IMG/VR virus record: IMGVR_UViG_3300039208_000165
Location: 2,356 to 66,355 of that record
DNA from: a virus
DNA length: 64,000 nucleotides
Strand: one strand, 5' to 3'
Both the position numbers and the translations under genes were made by a program. The notes under the pieces are model-generated. The model did no database searches and was not told the origin of the DNA. It saw nothing but the letters and a program-made list of their open reading frames with translations. Position 1 is the stretch's first letter; each line of letters starts with the position of its first letter. This document shows, piece after piece, positions 39,801 to 50,700 of the stretch.

Positions 39801-39966
39801 TCGATAGAATCGTGATGAATCCCTGGCTAGGGAATCCGGACGTTGTGACTACTGGGATTGTTAATTCAGATTCACTAATGCCCGACGTCAGTCGAGTTCT
39901 AGCATTATTAACTGCCAGATACAACGAGACGTCGTCATCAAGTGATCCTGGAAAGTTTGGCATCAA
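33883..39966 (-). CDS. Large tail-fibre/adhesin with N-terminal attachment domain (2027 aa)
   Basis: N-terminal FPGSLDD...TSGFP..G.I.I...E.IRY...RG..GT...H...HHN.LKDAII.IE region typical of phage fibre anchors. Then a tandem ~380-aa duplication, C1q-like, ConA-like and DHNLG domains, and a C-terminal domain. Confidence 0.8.
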   Translation of the reverse strand: MMPNFPGSLDDDVSLYLAVNNARTRLTSGISESELTIPVVTTSGFPSQGFITILSNPDDITEAEAIRYDGISETTFSGVERGAGGTPIFPHFTQDNVDLTVMAEHHNELKDAIIEIEKILGVSGSHNFVPKDAQGNAIVSGTLTAENLFEAGWITASGNLVVCGEAEFKDDVYFATNTLVSGTATFGVLPASTVPQTISVFDDVGGTGTGNSYTTQLTTPPLPSGDNLLLYRGNMGWDPTSANTGQMAIRSIFAGIEAGLGEQNTSVKNGHGHGAEVAGFKVVSGDGVNTASLQTRAVAAGSRTYEWGAAALVSIPLGEMGLVENTDYWYDNGQDTAQGTTSSSFATFNTLNFTVPDAGDYIFFFSTEMDSGIQSRTRFRMDGSVVFTQAESGASNERTPGAGAVVVNLTAGAHTATFQQSCNNAFGSSSNTYRSRMFVLRAASFSQVQYSRSSTDQASASAVFTQLSNVGTITHTPATQEQVLLLGTAGHFSTNDDTSATYQITNTTDAESYAIDSGQRVGNNASDDVNNRQSFFFRTLDDVSLPKTFELQHRRYNGASTTTTTDAALVVLGLSQPVVSTDTPVTTIVGNEITTHEVTTDVLTTKQLNVDDITVTGTLDVTEGTSYLGETFTYDLTTNNITATGTACFVEDVDIKSDLTVSGTAKFGQAAPAPVTGEIIFASQDTVQTTTSSSLVDANCETTPLLDGIEYLVIYAGNCGSSNTSSRSHLRCVFGSTNLGEGSALKSTLGTFGNNNYNGVDTQGIMKVTGNGVDTVKFQFRHASSSTAYAGAMSILCIPLDQYTEGTDYYYSQTANNDTFVITNATQVDPPETNLVSDTFNGMAAGKWIFLWSNERTTSNFTGRGFSERLVVDGTTVGPARFGRSNDASGSGSIFTLAAANTVNIASSGNKTVQLKVASRTASEADFRRGRVFAINTAAFSQVLNTTDSTGSTTNSTSYVDFSSLNTTITPSQPNSDVIIFASAPSYTKNSNSGFASALRNETDGVDYRDDSGSRDSAIGGGGSTNINLNNSFMVHYEQRTSATEYRYRFRSEGGGDVAVGRNEDDNGGELSEMIVWEFNSPGAFVPITQTCIDDDSIQTGSLVADTVQARQSLTISGVPVATGTSGGAGVTDPLVLASGIFSDSLTVSGVPVAAGDFVEVSGDEMTGNLNMQGNNIYNTGVVAMQDDAPTVVTSGLLWFDTDAPGAAFSSSNLPGGYLGSLVAASTGTTTSNGAWSTIGFDVVEYNRGGFVDPVYPSRLIVPSGVNRVELAAGFRFDSNSTGDRRIQIYKNGAADTAVTTQSGVVGVTILPAASASDHLMQTFTPVLEVEPGDYFETRVQQSSGGNLDIEPLDKWFAIKAVDTRGVPGVNTVNLLQGDVSLVAGSGIAIRSSGDTNQIEIGFANQVSDAQIWNPDAPPANPSVYDDEWLDTNNTLDPKWTDWDPGSVTATNIPNIAQMLQLKHNPPSSAASLGGVFQDAPSGDFTVYAKFHYLNNITRDFHEFGLLFAEDLTNNPSTDNLAVVAVPAHRSGGEDESYYFGLATQHFNSYSSFDTNKDFRSIQFPANEPIYVRARVDVSARTVTADASLDGIQWSPAIVGDFSGDLTTIDEIGIWANSATTTEMVIHCEYFRVVEHIDPTLPMQGDFVTLSGIPQSAIVISGSGGGGGTGDGNITDINTQEGPSITISGAGSVDVITEPNLIIVSGTGGGETSGTATVSGCYSHNQTVATGTWTVDHNLGTQTVNYIVLDNSGSQVQPDDFTIVDDNQVSIDFVTDRTGIANIFACVDDEVTFEGGSFSSITAVTGTFTTGITVGTGTTYITGSGIDTPELKINGQAPSFGGGVEFLGTFTDDGTRLYIEDLPSGYRRFEIQIVGLESQSATLEALQVRLKSDGVGEGYTNSNDVEGVVKAARNTQSANGGATANEINYGVFQTANRFYLVPNSGDWNIGRDADQTWNGVINIVNVGSATSYPYITFEGTYFSDNDRLVNINGGATRYVKNTLTGLRVELNAGGALTATAYLYGYPE

Positions 39967-40973
39967 TCATCCTCTTCGGAAGGGGGACAAATACCGGCGT
40001 CCACGGCGCGGACTAGGTTCACAGTACCTGTGACCACAGTCATTCCACGCGTACCCTCCTGTGATGTATGGGTTCCTGAAACAGAGTTGTTGGTCAGATC
40101 GTAGACTCGAACCGATCCTCCAATATTCTCGTCCTTCAGGTTCTTGGTGAAGTCAGGAATACCTGCGTACAAACAACCCCCATTGAAATGAGACTCCGGG
40201 CCAAAGTCTACTGAAACAAAATTCTCAGGGCTCAACAAAACAGTAGGGGCCGAGGCTTCACTTCCGGGCTGCTCTTCGAATACAAAAACCCCACCCGAAG
40301 TGGCAACCCCAATTACGGGGTCTTGCCCTCCGGTGGGCTCAGAAACTGCAATATCTAATGGGGGCTCGGTTGGAAGCGGTGGTGCCGAGAGCTTAGAATA
40401 CTCGTAGTCTACATCAATTATACTTGTTCCGGTAGTCGAAAGCAAGTCGTAATTCACTTCGACCGAACCTTCAAAAACTCCGGAAGCTGTGGCCCAATAC
40501 CCACCATTAGTTGTCAGGTGTACGTGGGACGAACCACTTACCACGGTACGGGTCGCGTACTCGGTCTCGTCCGCAATGAAATCGATGCCTGCTCCAGTTC
40601 CTATCAGCAGACGTCCTGGAAGGACGTCTAAGTCACGAATCTCGTTACTTGATACCGGAGGACTAGTGGAGGTCGTAAAACGCTGTACAAGGTCTCCTGT
40701 GAAGTCTCGCTCTTCTTCACGTACCAAAACGTAGTTCATGTCAAAGATGCCACTATTTGTGGTACCTACGTAAAGCTTACCGCGAATAATCTGCCAATCC
40801 ACGGCCACCGTAGTAGGTTCCGATGGAAGGGTTCCCGAAGAAATCACGTACCCCTTGTACAAATCTACGACATCCAGGCCGCCCGAAGTTACTACAATAG
40901 CATAACGCTCTTCGGCAATATAAACGTCCTTAACTCCGGACGCTGTTAGGGACGTCGTAATCGGAGTGGCCAT
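39963..40973 (-). CDS. Virion protein, probable beta-propeller (336 aa)
   Basis: Repeated blade-like units (YAIVVTSGGLDVV, LYVGTTNSGIF, LLIGTGAGIDF, IGVATSGGVFVF). Confidence 0.65.
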   Translation of the reverse strand: MATPITTSLTASGVKDVYIAEERYAIVVTSGGLDVVDLYKGYVISSGTLPSEPTTVAVDWQIIRGKLYVGTTNSGIFDMNYVLVREEERDFTGDLVQRFTTSTSPPVSSNEIRDLDVLPGRLLIGTGAGIDFIADETEYATRTVVSGSSHVHLTTNGGYWATASGVFEGSVEVNYDLLSTTGTSIIDVDYEYSKLSAPPLPTEPPLDIAVSEPTGGQDPVIGVATSGGVFVFEEQPGSEASAPTVLLSPENFVSVDFGPESHFNGGCLYAGIPDFTKNLKDENIGGSVRVYDLTNNSVSGTHTSQEGTRGMTVVTGTVNLVRAVDAGICPPSEEDD

Positions 40974-43900
40974 TATTCAGGCAGCTCCCAGAATACCTTG
41001 AGCCCTCCTTGAAGATCTCCAATAGCCATACCTTCCGGTAAATTGGTACGAAGATAAATATCTGTTGTGCCTGAGGCCGGGATATCACCAACCCGAATAC
41101 CCTGATCAAGTTGGGAGGTAATCAGCTGGGGGGTGGTGCTAAAGTCCGGGCTAGAGTTCAAAGTATATTCTACCTGGGCATATCTTCCGGTCGGGAAGAG
41201 AACGCTGTTCTGTTGTAAACTATCCCATCCGATAGTTCCAGACAAAGCCCCCCATCTAGGATCACTGCCCCGAGGAACAATAGGAGTATCTCCGTAAGAA
41301 AGACCCAAAGCCCCGCCGTGACAGGAGAAGAATTTCTGAATAGTCTTGTGGTCATAAAGATAGTTATTGGTACGTCTCCAGTTTTCGCGAAGATCATGGT
41401 CGTTCCAAGCTTCCCCCTGATGGGAAGAAATAATATAGAACACATCACGAACCGGGTCGTGACAAGAAGCTGTAAAAAATTCTAGATTCCGGGCAGCGAT
41501 CAGGACGGTGTCGTCGTTAGGGGCATTATACCCCGCCCAATCTCCAGCATACCCGTCCCGCTTCTGACCCAACTCGGGAAGACGAACCCCTCCGATGGTG
41601 GATAGATTACGAGGGTCTTCCAATTCTACCTTAGCAATGGACTGAACCACGTCATTAGAGTCAATAGAAATATCCAATGCGTATACCTCAGGATTTCTGT
41701 ATCGAGGGTCGTCGCCGCTGTTGATAGGGTCCCCAAAGAAAAGATAAAGGAGGCCGTCGTTAGAGTTATAGATTATCTGTTGGGTTTTAGGATTGGCATC
41801 TGCGCCTTCTAATCCAGGAATGGTAGACAGGTCAATGGATGCGATTTCAGAAATAATCGTATTGTCACCGGTTTGCAGATCGCCTCTCTTTATGACACTT
41901 AGTATGTCCCCGTAACTGTGATCAACATTGTTGTTGTTAGTGGTGAGAGCATAGAAGTAGCTACCATCGAAAGTCATACTATTGATATTATTCCATCTGG
42001 TGCCCGAACCTCCAATACTACCATTACGGAAACTGCAACGCAGGAAGTTACCCTCTGTGTCCATAGTAACCGCGTAATAGGTTACAGTGTCAATGTAGAA
42101 AGAATTTTCCCTCTGGTAGACATGAATCTCATTATAAGCAGCGTCATAGATAAAACCAGCAGGCTCAAAGGTCTCGGGCTGGGAACCGTAGTTATCAGCC
42201 CGGTACGTATAATTGAGCTGACCTTTCATGTGATCAGTACGAATATACTCAAGAGAGTCTGGATTATAGACATCCCAAACAGGTCGGATCTCATTAGGCT
42301 GAATACCGCTAGCAAGAACATTCATAACCCACAGTTCATCCTTAACCGGATGGTACATCATGGACCCTGCCAAGTTCTTAATGGCGTTTCCCCCACTGGG
42401 GAACTCCCTATTAGTAACAAACCCATTAATGTGATTGATCATCCAGTCGTTACCTGCCGGAGCGGCGGTTTCCTCATTAATCCATTTACGAACAGGTTTA
42501 GTGCCGTCTCCTGTAGGAAGCTGGCCATCAGGATATCTCTGACGATATTCATGCCCCCAATTAAAGTTCTCATAGTTAAAGGGCTCACCAATTTCAGCAG
42601 AGGTTACTGGTGGGGAGTCGCTGGCCCTAGCTCGGAGAGTCTTAAACGCCTCGCTGGTATTAGAGTCAAGCTTAGACCCCCTAGGCTCAATGGCAACAAA
42701 GGACGAGGATACCAGGGAAGGCTCTACACCCCCATCAAAAACCGGAGTGGTGTAAGTGCCATTGGCCAAATAATCTCCCAACGGGACAGTCTGATACCAA
42801 ACTTCATAAAGACGACTATCGAAATGCCTCCAAGAATCATTTGTGTTTAAATCTGCCTGGCAAACAGCGTTACTTTCCATATCAACAGCGTTGTTACCAT
42901 ACTGGTTAATGTTGGGGGCATACCACGCGCCAGGATTAGGAGCACCACCGGTCACTCTATAATTAACACCCCACCCGGAGTTCTGGCTTTCCCTAGAGAT
43001 ACCAATCATATCTCCAGGATCAGCTCTCCAGAAAACCCAGTGCTCGTTCAGAGATTCGTTCTCACCGTTCATGGTACGAAACTGACAAGTGCCCTTGACG
43101 ATGAAATTGTCCCCGGCCGCACCTCCTGGAGTAGGAGGGTTAGGGAAGGGGTTGTCAACAGGAGGCATTCCCGGCCAATTGTAGTTACCACTATCCTTAT
43201 CCTCCTCATAGAGGAAGATACCCCCTGTATTGCTAGAAGAAGGCGCGCTGGTAACTGCCATAACCTTAGTGATGATGCAAGGACGAAGCACGCGGGTATT
43301 AGGGAACAACCATACGTGATGTCCTCCATCCGTAGAGCCGAACGCATCTATCAAGCTGGGTTTAATTCCCGATTGCGTAGGTTGGTGATCTAGAACAATT
43401 TTATCCTGTCTAGAACTGTGATAGACTTCCACCTCATAAAGATCCCAATTAACCCCAATACCTGTGGCAGTGATGAAAGGATCGATCTGAAGGCCACGAA
43501 TTTGATGGAAGGGAGCCCCCGACCACGTAGTTATCTCAGATACGTTGAAGATGAAATCTTGAGTCTCCCCAGTAAAGTTATTAAAAGCAAACTGACTTAG
43601 GGAAGAGTTCTCGATGGGGAAAGGGTCGGATCCGTCAGCATCATCAATCCACCTCCAGCGAATTCTAGGACCCTCAACGATATCATCTAAGTTTAACGGA
43701 TCTACTCTCATTCGGACGCGAACTGTGTCGTAAAGATCAGTGTCTACTAGAATATTCCGAAGATGGGGAGCATTAATGTTACCTACCCCAGCTGTAACTG
43801 TAGCCCAAGGAGTAAGTCCCTGAGTATAATCACTAGGACTTCTGTAATTAGGATTAACTCCGGTGGTGATCCAACGGAGGAAACCTCCAGTACTAGCCTC

Positions 43901-44710
43901 AGGGTCCGCCTGCCAGGAGTCAAAGAGGATGTTAGTGGGGGTCCAACTCATACCGTTCTGGTACTCATACCAATTTAGATAGTAACCGCTAGCCGTTACG
44001 AGTCGGGTACCGTCAAGAGTACCTGAAACCCAAGGGGTATTGTGAGGCTGCAAGCTCTCCGTAACTTCCCGCCCAAACCAGGGGCCTATGGAAGAGGTTG
44101 AGATCTCAAAAAGTTCGTCGGCAGCGGTCCCAGTATCCTCAATAAACACAAAGGCAGCTCCGGGCTTATGGTACTGATTAAACAGCTTAAGATTCTGCAC
44201 AGTATCGGAAGGTCTCCCAATAGGGGCATCCTCAATCTCTACCTCAGTCTGGGTACCATCCGCACCAAAATCTACTAGGGAATCATCGTTAATAACCTTC
44301 CACTCAAAAACGTCTAGATCACTAGCGGCAGCGTGATTATAACGTACGTATCTTGGGGCTCCCGAAATAGTCGAATCCATAATGTCTCCGACGTATAAAT
44401 TTGGGGAACCAGTCATAGTAACAGGATAGTAATCCACATCATTATCGCTGATCTGCATATCGATATTGTTGTTAGAAGGGTCGTCAGTATAAAGCTCAAT
44501 ACGGGTAATCTTCCAGCGCGCGCCGAGATCCGCAGTCAAGTGAATGTTCTCTGTGGCAGAAACAGTAACGGCCGCTATTGAAGTGTTTTCGTCTGCCATA
44601 GCTGTCATTTGTTGTTCATTAAGAAACTGACTACCTGAGAAGGTGGGGTTAGACGGACTAGTAGCCGTATTATAAACGAACCCCTCTCTGATCATATTTC
44701 GTTCTACCAT
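40973..44710 (-). CDS. Large virion protein with F5/8-like, galactose-binding-like and beta-propeller regions (1245 aa)
   Basis: DLGARWKITRIELY (discoidin-like); YDTVRVRMR...QDFIFNV...W.G..I.GLQIDP; propeller blades (YHPVKDELWV, MTFDGSYFYAL, IYNSNDGLLYL). Confidence 0.65.
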   Translation of the reverse strand: MVERNMIREGFVYNTATSPSNPTFSGSQFLNEQQMTAMADENTSIAAVTVSATENIHLTADLGARWKITRIELYTDDPSNNNIDMQISDNDVDYYPVTMTGSPNLYVGDIMDSTISGAPRYVRYNHAAASDLDVFEWKVINDDSLVDFGADGTQTEVEIEDAPIGRPSDTVQNLKLFNQYHKPGAAFVFIEDTGTAADELFEISTSSIGPWFGREVTESLQPHNTPWVSGTLDGTRLVTASGYYLNWYEYQNGMSWTPTNILFDSWQADPEASTGGFLRWITTGVNPNYRSPSDYTQGLTPWATVTAGVGNINAPHLRNILVDTDLYDTVRVRMRVDPLNLDDIVEGPRIRWRWIDDADGSDPFPIENSSLSQFAFNNFTGETQDFIFNVSEITTWSGAPFHQIRGLQIDPFITATGIGVNWDLYEVEVYHSSRQDKIVLDHQPTQSGIKPSLIDAFGSTDGGHHVWLFPNTRVLRPCIITKVMAVTSAPSSSNTGGIFLYEEDKDSGNYNWPGMPPVDNPFPNPPTPGGAAGDNFIVKGTCQFRTMNGENESLNEHWVFWRADPGDMIGISRESQNSGWGVNYRVTGGAPNPGAWYAPNINQYGNNAVDMESNAVCQADLNTNDSWRHFDSRLYEVWYQTVPLGDYLANGTYTTPVFDGGVEPSLVSSSFVAIEPRGSKLDSNTSEAFKTLRARASDSPPVTSAEIGEPFNYENFNWGHEYRQRYPDGQLPTGDGTKPVRKWINEETAAPAGNDWMINHINGFVTNREFPSGGNAIKNLAGSMMYHPVKDELWVMNVLASGIQPNEIRPVWDVYNPDSLEYIRTDHMKGQLNYTYRADNYGSQPETFEPAGFIYDAAYNEIHVYQRENSFYIDTVTYYAVTMDTEGNFLRCSFRNGSIGGSGTRWNNINSMTFDGSYFYALTTNNNNVDHSYGDILSVIKRGDLQTGDNTIISEIASIDLSTIPGLEGADANPKTQQIIYNSNDGLLYLFFGDPINSGDDPRYRNPEVYALDISIDSNDVVQSIAKVELEDPRNLSTIGGVRLPELGQKRDGYAGDWAGYNAPNDDTVLIAARNLEFFTASCHDPVRDVFYIISSHQGEAWNDHDLRENWRRTNNYLYDHKTIQKFFSCHGGALGLSYGDTPIVPRGSDPRWGALSGTIGWDSLQQNSVLFPTGRYAQVEYTLNSSPDFSTTPQLITSQLDQGIRVGDIPASGTTDIYLRTNLPEGMAIGDLQGGLKVFWELPE

Positions 44711-44719
44711 AGTAACATC

Positions 44720-47700
44720 CTAATCACAATTTACCAGCGGGGTCTTCCACCGCACCAGCAAAGAAGCGTCTCTATTCTCATCCCCAGTAATATCTTTAGG
44801 GATATTGCTTCGAACATAAACAGTGCCTTCCTGTCCCGACTCCACACCCGGCACCACCAAGGGGAGGGAGTCGGAACCGACACCGTGCCAGGTCGTATTG
44901 TCCAAAGAGATTTCTAGCATCTCGGAAGGTTTAAGGAGCTGAGTTCTTGAAAGCTCCCGGTCGTTTCTATCATCAAAATTGGTCTTAGCGTAGTTATAAA
45001 TCTTGATGTTTTCCAGAGACGCCCAAGAGGAAGCAGTGTTATCCTGGGGAAGAGTGGGGACCGCTGTAAAAGTAGTAGCTGTCTCATTATGGGGAGTGGC
45101 TGCAATTCCCTGACCAACCTCACCACCGAACATCAAAGTTGCCCCTCCCTCACGAATAGCATCCCAGGACAGGGTGGTGCCGTAAACCGTCTCACCGTTG
45201 ATGTAAACCTGGAGAGTCGACCCAGTAGCACCAATACGTCCGAGTGTATCCCAAACCACCGCAATGTGCATAGGCTCATACCTGTTAACAGAGTAATGTC
45301 GCAGACGAGTTTGGAAACGATAAAGCCGCTTACGATCATTCACAATGGTAATGAACCCCACGCTAGGACGGTAAAAGAAGGTCATGTACTTACCGTCCGG
45401 TCTTAGGATCTTGAAGATACTAGGGACAATATCACGGCTCTTATCTACCCGCGCAGTGGTGTCCCAATCGGGCTGGAACCAAAACTCAATAGTGCCTGTA
45501 GAAATATCCAATCCGTCCGTGTAGATAGTAAAAGTCTCGCTATTATTCAGATAAAGAGAAGGGGTGAATCTGCAAACATCATCAAACCGGTTTCTGATGA
45601 ACCGCATATCATCCAGGTAAAGTACCAGTTCTCGGTCCACATCCACCCCTCTAAACTCTAACTCGAAGTAACGAATGCCTGGACCTTCTACAATGTTTCT
45701 ACTGTAGTTTCCATCCACGCTGGTAGTGATAACCGCATCTGGGGTAATGAAATCTACTTTACTCAATCCGGTATCTAAGCTGTAGTTAGGTCCGGATTGG
45801 AAAGGAATTTCAGCTCGATCAGCGGCATTCCTGAACTGCAACCTCAATTCATTCCAACCAGAAGTGAGGTTAAGAGTAGAAATCTCCCAGGTATAGGAAG
45901 TCTCTCTGTTATTACCAATTCTGATGGTACCAAAAGAAGTATCCAAAAGAGAGATGTCGTTTATCCAAACCCAAAAAGAGAAGAAGTCTCGCTCAGAAAA
46001 GAATTCGTCATTGTTAGCATCAATGCCGTCTAGGACGACATTGGCCACAGCATTAGAGTTCTTGGCATACGTGATTTGGGTACTTCTCTGATTTGGACTC
46101 CCCGGGCGTCGATCAAAAACATCTGACATTACCACTAAAGGTTCGGACTGCTCTTGTTCCTCGATCAGCCTCAGCTCGTGCATTATGATGGAGTTGGCAT
46201 TCTCATCCTGGCCCTGAACGCTTTCAATTTCCATTATCCACTCATCCGCAGTAACCGGAGGATTGATAGTGCCGCTGTAACTAATTCCCGAGAATTCTGT
46301 TTCAGAAATAACGGTCTCGTATCCGGACAAGAGGGAATTGGCTTTAAGCTTAAAGGTAGCAGGGCAGTTGGTAACAAGACCAGGGCCTACTTGCTTTGCA
46401 TAGTCCTCGTCCATCTCCCACTCAAATCTACTAATAGGTTTAGGTCCGGAAGGGAACTTAATAGTCACTTCGTCCTCAAACCCTGTGGACTGGAAGTAAG
46501 TCCTAAGGTTATTGTCTACCAAAAACTCAGGACCTCTCTCAGGCACCGAGGTAAGAGAAGTGGCTGTAGAGCCCCACGCGTGGTTAGTGTCGATAGTTCC
46601 TTCAAGAACCGCTTCTCGGGACTCCTCCGAGAAGATAGTAACCGAAACTAACCGAGTCTCAAAACCTAGCCGGTCTGTGTTCTGACTAGCCTGATTTAGT
46701 TCATCCAAGGTGTTGGAATCATCTGGTGGATAAACACTATTGGTAATATAGACACGAATACCCGTTGTCTCTATCGCTACCGGCCAGATATGTGTGTACC
46801 CAATACCTTCCTGATAAGAATCCACTCCTACAAAAGTAGACTGGTCTATAGTAGTCCAACTGGTGTTGAGATTGGGATCTGCGCCCTCTGTCAACGTTTG
46901 AATTTGGAAATCAGTGGGGTAATAGTTATCGTCAAAACCCAGGATGGTGATGGCCTTGACTTCCTGGGTCAGGATGTCTCCCCTGTAAGGGTCTTTGAAT
47001 ACCCGCCAAACATAGTGGGGGAAATCATTACCCGACAAAACAAAACCAGAAACACTATCCCTTTCAAAGACAGACCAGTAGTCCTGATTATCGATTGGGT
47101 CGAAAATGCCATCCCACACATTGTAAGGATCTCCTAAGGTTCCCCGATCACTGGAATTATGGCTAGCCCCGTAATCAACTCCCTCTTCGAGACTAAACAA
47201 ATTACCCTGACTGGTGTCAAAGGTGGAGATATCTACCAAGCCCGCCTGCCTAGTCACAAACCAGTTAGAGTTTTCAGTAAACACCTCGTTCTCTTCAGGA
47301 GCAAAAGTTACTCCGAACAGAGTACCGCCTTGTGTTCCAAAATTCCACTGTCTGGGGGTGTTAGATCCGTCAGACTGAAGAAGATTCTCAACGCCCCTAA
47401 TAGCCACCCAACGAATACCTGTCGTAGGTAAGGAGCCTCCCCAGTCACTGTACTCCACATTCTCAGGATTGTTAGCTCCCTTAGCTGCATTTACTGGATA
47501 AGCATAAGAGTCGTCGTTATTCTCATTCCAATACAGCTTGTCGTCTGTAGCAGGTACTGGTCCGGGACTAATGAGGTCTCTTCTCAACACCGTAGCAGCG
47601 CTGGTCTGCTTAAGCTTGTAGGGCCTATTCAAATCGAAACACACTACGGGATAGTCTGAGTAATTAATGAACGTTGTGTTCTTGTTGTCAGTAAGTACTG

Positions 47701-50700
47701 GGCCCAAGTCTTCCCAAAAATGATTAGGCCCTTCTACTGGAATATGAGAAGTCTGCAGCCTCGGATATACTCTAGCTTGGAGAAGAATTGCCTGGGGCAG
47801 GTTGTTGATGCGGTAAGGGGACTGGGCGTTTAGATTTCCTCCCGAATTAGAAACCTGCTCCTTCTCATACTCCTCTTCTCCAGTTGATGTAAACCTAATC
47901 CACCTGGCAAACTGAGAACCTCCAGTCCAGTCCACCTGATTAGGATCATCTGTGTCATCTGCGCTCCAGAGATTAGGGGTAGTAGTCCAAGGTGTCTGAG
48001 TCAGGGTCTGAGAAATAAGCTCAAATAAATCAGAATTAGTCTCCACATCAAAATGTCTACCAAGATCCACTGCCACGTACACAGTACCCCCGGTACCTCC
48101 GCACTCGGCCACACCTGGGGTAAGTTCTCTATCCACTGTGTTATCAACAGGCAAAGTGTTTCTTCCCACGGACTCCAAAGGGGTAAACATGCTAGAGTAG
48201 ATGCCACGAGAAGAGGCGAAGTCCGTAATGAAGAACTGATTGCCGGGGCAGTCCGCTACCTGTTGCATCTGTAACCATCCAGAAAAACCTCCGGGATACT
48301 GAGAGCGCTCAAAGAAGTCACAGTTCTGGGTGTAAACAATTCTAACTCCCTCAGTGGGTACCGGGCCATCTGGGAAAACAAAGGTGTACTGTTTAGAGTG
48401 AGCACCGCCGTAGTTTGCAAAATAGGTCTGAAGCTGGCTGGGGGTATTATCCCGCATACGAGCAGTGACCCGTCGAACTACTTTCCAGTGGTCGTTCATA
48501 TTAGCATCAGGGGGCTGACCTAACTCAGCCTCTGTTTTCAAAACCTCAATATCCCACAGACGGGGATAGTTCTGAGTAAAGACACAACTGCTATTGGTGT
48601 TCTGATGATGGGCTACCCGAATACCTCCAATCTGCCGCTCCCCTTCCCACTGAACACCCAGAATTCCAGGATTTGTGGTGGTCATCCGGGAAAAGGCCTG
48701 AACCCCTTGATTCCTATTCTGGGAAACTCCCTGACTAAAACCCTGAGACTGACCCGCAATGGGCGCAGTGGTGGCATTCTGACGAGCAGGCTGATACCAA
48801 TGATCACTCCCCGTAATGGTAGTGTACAGTGAGGGGTCTACCGGCTCATAAGCAGCGTCGGTATAATCCTTAACTCCCGTGAAATAACTCTTATACCATT
48901 TAGCCAAAGTTACTGCCGGCGCGTTAATATAGAGAGTGTAAGCATCCATGTGCCAAATAAGACGATCAGGATTGCTGTTAACGGCCCCCGTAGCATCCAC
49001 ATAGATATCCAATCTCAGGTAACGAGTACCTCTCTTAATGATGGTATCTCCCCCAAACTGGATAATAGTGGTGTGGCTTGAAGATTCCTGACCTCTAATA
49101 GAGGCTAGAATATTGCTGCCGTATTCAGGATCAACAATGTGGCCCGGAGGCTCTTCAATTCCTGACAGGGTAGGGGAGCCCATAAGCCTGAACGTGCCGG
49201 TATTTCCAGTATGGTAATCTATGTATCGGAAATTCCAATCAGCCCGGGCAGCCCCTTGATCTACGCTGTCTGCATACGCAGAGATGTCGGTATTCTGGCT
49301 AAGGCGGAACGTCTGTCTAGGAAATTGACTCTGCGTAATGGGATCCGTATCGTCCATGTTGGTACCAAAAGAATAGGAACCGCCCTGGATGCTAGCGGTA
49401 GTTGAGCCAGAAAAATCATCTACTCTGGGTATCTGATAAGATTGGGTACCGGAGTTAATAACATCTAGTTCCCACCCAGTCAAATCTCCTGTGGCAAAAC
49501 CGCCGTTAACAGAAAGATTGGGAGAGCGAAAAGAATCTGTACCGCTGACCAAACTAATCAGACCGTAGGCCTTAGCGTTCATCATAACGCTAGTCTCTTC
49601 TTCTAGAATCTTATCGTCTACAAAATCTACGCGCCCTGGTGCTCCAATCTGTGGGGCCTGGATATCTTCCGCAGAGTTGAGCTGATTAAAATACAGCAAC
49701 TGCTTAGCTGTTTCAATATCTTCTGGGATGTCTACAATCAAATCCGCAGTCTGTCCCATGGAATTAGAGAACTTAATAGGGGTGGGTTCCCGAATGCCCG
49801 AGAAAGTAGTACCACCGGTGGTAGCCCCTACCCGGGCCTCTTTGAGAAACGTAGAGCCCTGGATCCTACCTTCCTCGCCAAAGCAAACCTGATCCTCCTC
49901 AAAATCGACCTTTATGTCATTAATAGCCGTCTGAAGGGTGGGCCTTACGATGAAACGCATGTACTGAGGAGAGTTACCTACCTTAAACTCTGCCTCTTTT
50001 TCATTAGCGTTAATGATATCGCCGGAAGCAAACAATTCGCCGTCCGAGGAAAAGAAGACCTGAATATTATCTGCTAAAGACTCATCGGACTCAGAGACTC
50101 CATAAACTTCCATCTCAGAGATCTTGGTACTCCAGTGATAATCGCTATACCATCTGATGGCCGGGGTACGAATAGCGTCAAATCCCCACTCAAAGATATT
50201 CCACTGAGCTTCGATGAAGGAAACCTGATCTCTGTAGTTGACACCTCCCAACTCTTCGACACTGTCCACATAGTCAACACCTTTCTGAGGATTAACTGTG
50301 CCATCAGCTGCGATGGTGTCAAACCTAGTAGGATTAGCTAGAAGAAGCTCGGCGCTGGCCGAGGGCTTAAGCGTGGAGAAGGGAGGTAGCGCCTCAAATC
50401 TCTGCTCATCAATCTTAACATACTGAATAGTATCTTCAGGGATAAAGGAGAAACCGGGCTTAGTACCGTTACCTCCCTTACCTCCCTGACCTACTAGATA
50501 CTCAAGGCCCCAAGAGCGCTGGTTCTTCTTGTCCTTGAAATACATGATAACCTTACCCACAGGCTTGTCTAATCTCGGGGTCTGGTTACTGAAAAAACAT
50601 TCTAATCCAACACCGTCTCTCTGGAAATCATATGACTCAGGGGCCTGATTAACAAACTCGTAAACATTGAAAAACTCGCTATCCCCATTGACATAAAAGT

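Noticed and set aside
18944-39966. Diversity-generating retroelement or invertible cassette behind the fibre repeats
   Set aside because: No reverse transcriptase or site-specific recombinase, no near-identical TR/VR pair with adenine-specific differences, and no inverted crossover sites were noticed. The repeats differ at all base types.
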